NCBI GenBank assembly: GCA_044220955.1
Contig: JBGAQA010000029.1
Span: 8,420 to 72,419, forward strand
Direction: 5' to 3'
Origin: Sandaracinaceae bacterium
GTDB lineage: Bacteria; Myxococcota_A; Polyangia; Polyangiales; Sandaracinaceae
Length of the DNA: 64,000 nucleotides
A model generated the notes under the pieces. That model saw only the letters and a list, made by a program, of their open reading frames with translations, had not been told where the DNA came from and did not search any database. The position numbers were made by a program, and so were the translations under genes. Of the stretch, positions 61,401 to 64,000 are shown in pieces. The stretch's first letter is position 1; the number at the start of each line of letters is the position of its first letter.

Positions 61401-64000
61401 AGCGCCGCGAGCGCGTCGGGGGGTGGCGGCGGCCTCGCGATGGTCACGCCGAGCGCGGCGAAGACCGTGGCCCCGGCGCCCGCCAAGACGAACGGCAACG
61501 GTCACACGAACGGCAACGGCAACGGCAACGGCCACAAGATCCTGATGACCCCGGCGGCTGCCCCGAAGGCGCAACCGGTCCAGACTCCGGCGCTCCGTAG
61601 CCCGGCGACAGGTAGCCCGGCGACGGCCGCAGCGAGCAGCACGATGACACAGCAGTCGAACAAGCCCCCCATGAGCGGAAACGCGCAGCTCGCGTGGATC
61701 CAGGCGTACCAGGAGTCGCAGCGGCAGACGGCCGAGGCGCATGCGACGTTCGCCAGGGCGATGGGCGACGCGCACGCGGCGTTCCTCCGCTCGGCGGAGA
61801 CGAGCTTCGCGGGGCTCGCGAGCATGCTCGGCGGGACGGCCCCGATGGCGGCACCGACCTACGTCGCGCCGCCTGCGCCCATGCCGATGGCCATGCCCGT
61901 GGCCGCTCCCGCACCGGTCGCCGCGCCGCCTCCGGTCGCGCCCGCGCGCGTGGCTCCGGCCGCCGCGCCCGCGCCGCCCATCGCGAAGACCGCCGCTCCG
62001 GTCGATCTCATGAAGACGATGCTCGACGTCGTCGCGACCAAGACCGGCTACCCCGTCGAGATGATCGGCATGGAGATGGAGCTCGAGGCCGACCTCGGCA
62101 TCGACTCGATCAAGCGCGTGGAGATCCTCGCGGCCGTGCGCGAGAAGGCGCCCGGCCTGCCGGACCTCGATCCCGCGGCGCTCGGCGCGCTGCGCACCGT
62201 CGGCCAGATCGTGCAGCACCTCGAGAAGCACCTCCCGGCGTCGAGCGCGTCGCCGGCCCCGCGACCGGCGGCCCCGGCCGCCGCGCCGGCGGCGGCCGCG
62301 TCGAGCGTCGATCTGATGCAGACGATGCTCGAGGTCGTCGCGCAGAAGACGGGCTACCCGACCGAGATGATCGGGATGGAGATGGAGCTCGAGGCGGATC
62401 TCGGGATCGACTCGATCAAGCGCGTCGAGATCCTGGCCGCGGTCCGCGAGAAGGCGCCCGGCCTGCCGGATCTCGATCCGGCGGCGCTCGGCGCCCTGCG
62501 CACGGTCGGGCAGATCGTCGACCACCTGCAGAAGCACCTGCCTCAGGCGGCCGCTCCGAAGACGGCGCTCGCGCCCGCGCCGGTCGCCGCCGCCGCGGCG
62601 AGCGTGGCGAAGGGCGCGCCCGTCGACCTGATGAAGACCATGCTCGAGGTGGTCGCCGCGAAGACGGGCTACCCGACCGAGATGATCGGGATGGAGATGG
62701 AGCTCGAGGCCGACCTCGGGATCGACTCGATCAAGCGCGTCGAGATCCTCGCCGCCGTCCGCGAGCAGTGCCCGGGGCTGCCGGATCTCGATCCAGCGGC
62801 GCTCGGCGCGCTACGCACCGTCGGTCAGATCGTCGATCACCTGCAGAAGCACCTCCCCGCGGGCGGCATCGCTGTCCCGACGAGCGCCGTCACCGCATTA
62901 GAGAGGCCCGCGGCGGAGGCCGCAGCCGCCGCGAAGCCGCACCGCTACGCGCTGCGCGCCGCTCCGCGCGCGGCGAGCGGGATCGTCTCGCCCGCGCTCT
63001 TCGAGGCCCAGAAGCTCGTGATCACCGACGACGAGCGGGGCATCGCCCACGCGCTCGTCGCCGCGCTCGCCGCTCGCGGGGTGAAGGCCGAGGTCGTCCG
63101 CGAGGTGCCGGCCGACGCCGACGGCGTCGTGGTGCTCGCGGGCGTGCGCGCGCTGACCAGCGTCGACGCAGCCCTCGCCGCGGCCCGCGAGTCGTTCCGC
63201 GCTGCACGCACGTTCGCGATCCGAGCCCAGGCGCAGGGCGGCTTCTTCGCGACCGTCCAGGACACCGGCGGCGACTTCGGGCTCTCGGGCTGCATCGCCG
63301 CGCCGATCCAGGCGTGGGCGGGCAGCCACGCGGGCCTCGCCAAGACCGCGGCGCAGGAGTGGCCGAAGGCGAACGTGCGTGCGATCGACGTGGCGTGCGG
63401 CGGCCGCGCGCCCGAGCTCGTGGCCGAGGCGCTCGCGAGCGAGCTCGTGCACGGCTCGACCGATCTCGAGGTGGGCCTCTCGGAGACCGGTGCGCGCGTC
63501 GTGCTCGAGAGCGTGCCCGCGTCGATCGCGGCGTCGGCGCCGGTGCTTGCGAAGGGCGACGTCGTGGTCGCGAGCGGCGGCGCGCGCGGTGTGACGGCCG
63601 CGACGCTCATCGCGCTCACGCGCGCGACGCAGTGCCGCCTGGTGCTGCTCGGCCGCACGGCGCTCGCGGACGAGCCTCCGGCGGCCCGCGGGGTCGAGGG
63701 CGACGCGGCGCTGAAGAATGCGCTGCTCGAGGACGCCAAGCGGACGGGCGAGAAGGTCACGCCCGCCGAGCTCGGCAAGCGCGTCGAGCGCATCGTCAAC
63801 GCGCGCGAGGTCCGCGGGACCATCGCGGCGATCGAGGCCGCGGGAGGCGCCGCGCGCTACCTCGCGGTCGACGTGCAGGACGGCACCGCGCTCGGCGCCG
63901 CGCTCGACGACGTTCGCCTGGCGTGGGGCGCGCCCGTCCGCGGCGTCGTGCACGGCGCGGGCGTGCTCGCGGACAATCTCATCGCCGAGAAGACGGACGC
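58476..64000 (+). CDS. pfaA: PfaA/Pfa2-type iterative PUFA synthase / type I PKS (KS-MAT-ACPx3-KR...), 3' truncated by the window edge
   Basis: Starts MSSPKFEPIAVVG; KS DAACAS, EAHGTGT, KSQIGHTK; AT GHSFG, TAFHS; 3x EADLGIDSIKRVEIL; KR SGGARGVT, HGAGVLAD. Checked motifs at 62085 and 63951 are in frame with 58476. Confidence 0.9.
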   Translation, partial: MSSPKFEPIAVVGVSALFPGSIDKTGFWHDILRGRDLLKEIPESHWLISDYYDADPTKPDKTYAKRGAFLSDVPFDPMEWGIPPSIVPQTDTTQLLALIVAKQVLDDATRGQFASIDRSRISCILGVTSGQELMGSMVSRLQRPIWVKALREAGIPESEVVAICDRISASYTKWEEANFPGLLGNVTAGRIANRLDIGGTNCVTDAACASTFSAMSMGINELVVGQSDLVIAGGCDTMNDIFMYMCFSKTPALSPTGDCRPFSADADGTMLGEGLGMVALKRLSDAERSGDRVYAVIQGIGSSSDGKALSVYAPLPQGQAKAVRRAYAVAGYGPDTVELIEAHGTGTKAGDAAEVEGLNTVFDEAAKAAKKTERNWCALGSVKSQIGHTKSAAGAASFIKAVMAVHHKVLPPTIKVSAPNPKMKIAESAFHLSTQARPWIRGSAHPRRAGVSSFGFGGTNFHLALEEYLGPAEAAPRSRVSGTEVVLVTASDAAALVAELRVMAAEVEKAPRHHDDCPADMLRFLARTTQEGLDARAGARCAIVATDDADLAAKLKMAADKVAAAKSGPLALPNGIYFEAGAHEGKVGFLFPGQGSQYVGMSGAVAMTWDAARAPFDLAADMPFEGTPLGDVVFPHPALDLATEKQQQERMTATEWAQPGLGVASLAFLRLMDAVGIIPSAVAGHSFGEVMALCAAGAIGQKDMLAIARKRGELMRDAGKSTQGSMTAVVLSAEKLRARIEQSNLPVVVANDNAPDQAVLSGPTGAIEAIEKQLASEGVTFKRLDVATAFHSSVVSDATKPFAQFLESVSFGLPKCDVIASATAKSYPQGSKEARGVLAEQLAQPVRFVEQVEAMYASGVRTFVEVGPGSVLTGLVGKILGARPHRAIALDKKGASDLSAFHHGLARLAASGLPVKLGALWAAFEVPVDPRTRPKPKMKLMLNGSNYAKPYPPKGGAAALPPPNPDRTQPRSAAASAASASGGGGGLAMVTPSAAKTVAPAPAKTNGNGHTNGNGNGNGHKILMTPAAAPKAQPVQTPALRSPATGSPATAAASSTMTQQSNKPPMSGNAQLAWIQAYQESQRQTAEAHATFARAMGDAHAAFLRSAETSFAGLASMLGGTAPMAAPTYVAPPAPMPMAMPVAAPAPVAAPPPVAPARVAPAAAPAPPIAKTAAPVDLMKTMLDVVATKTGYPVEMIGMEMELEADLGIDSIKRVEILAAVREKAPGLPDLDPAALGALRTVGQIVQHLEKHLPASSASPAPRPAAPAAAPAAAASSVDLMQTMLEVVAQKTGYPTEMIGMEMELEADLGIDSIKRVEILAAVREKAPGLPDLDPAALGALRTVGQIVDHLQKHLPQAAAPKTALAPAPVAAAAASVAKGAPVDLMKTMLEVVAAKTGYPTEMIGMEMELEADLGIDSIKRVEILAAVREQCPGLPDLDPAALGALRTVGQIVDHLQKHLPAGGIAVPTSAVTALERPAAEAAAAAKPHRYALRAAPRAASGIVSPALFEAQKLVITDDERGIAHALVAALAARGVKAEVVREVPADADGVVVLAGVRALTSVDAALAAARESFRAARTFAIRAQAQGGFFATVQDTGGDFGLSGCIAAPIQAWAGSHAGLAKTAAQEWPKANVRAIDVACGGRAPELVAEALASELVHGSTDLEVGLSETGARVVLESVPASIAASAPVLAKGDVVVASGGARGVTAATLIALTRATQCRLVLLGRTALADEPPAARGVEGDAALKNALLEDAKRTGEKVTPAELGKRVERIVNAREVRGTIAAIEAAGGAARYLAVDVQDGTALGAALDDVRLAWGAPVRGVVHGAGVLADNLIAEKTD
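62001..62857 (+). repeat. Three near-identical ACP-encoding repeats (about 236 nt each)
   Basis: Units start near 62001, 62307 and 62622, separated by Ala/Pro linkers. Confidence 0.9.

Noticed and set aside
61491..61535. AACGGC microsatellite-like run
   Set aside because: Encodes an NGNGH low-complexity linker in the PKS; the 6-nt unit cannot shift the frame, so no phase-variation signal.
58395..62537. 1380-aa minus-strand ORF (also 62898..63953)
   Set aside because: Antisense shadow of the PfaA-type gene; R/A/G-rich with no motifs, while the + strand frame has all the PKS motifs.
62001..62857. Long direct repeats as a possible mobile element, CRISPR array or assembly error
   Set aside because: They are in-frame tandem ACP domains with synonymous differences and distinct linkers.

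Overview
High-GC window (roughly 70%, judged by eye) that looks myxobacterial, probably Polyangiales/Sandaracinaceae-like. This is inferred from the Hanks kinases, Cys-rich lipoproteins and a Pfa-type synthase. 1-6.3 kb is the end of the spc/alpha ribosomal operon (rpmD, rplO, secY, adk, a strongly divergent infA-like gene, rpmJ, rpsM, rpsK, rpsD, rpoA, rplQ); map is absent. The rest mixes housekeeping and accessory genes: two acyl-CoA ligases flanking a kinase-WD40 gene, ftsE-ftsX-envC, three Ser/Thr kinases in total, a GH113 with two large modular lipoproteins, a two-component system, the complete tyrosine catabolic operon (fahA-maiA-hppD-hmgA), hflX, a DUF4139-like gene, and the 5' part of a PfaA/Pfa2-type iterative PKS that runs off the right end and is missing from the ORF track. 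Best candidates for undescribed biology: (i) a tightly coupled four-gene operon of unknown function at 14.8-17.3 kb (Q/N-rich duplicated-domain protein, two Zn-ribbon helical proteins, a small membrane protein) next to a kinase-STAND-TPR gene; (ii) a bacterial homologue of the eukaryotic histidine methyltransferase METTL9/DREV; (iii) a CxxCH-fused PHM/DBH-type copper monooxygenase lipoprotein cluster divergent from a two-component system; (iv) a small Tat-exported peptide with two Cys-closed DxDPxDxAGxGR repeats. I saw no tRNA, rRNA, CRISPR array or mobile element. All family assignments come from motif recognition by eye, not from database searches.
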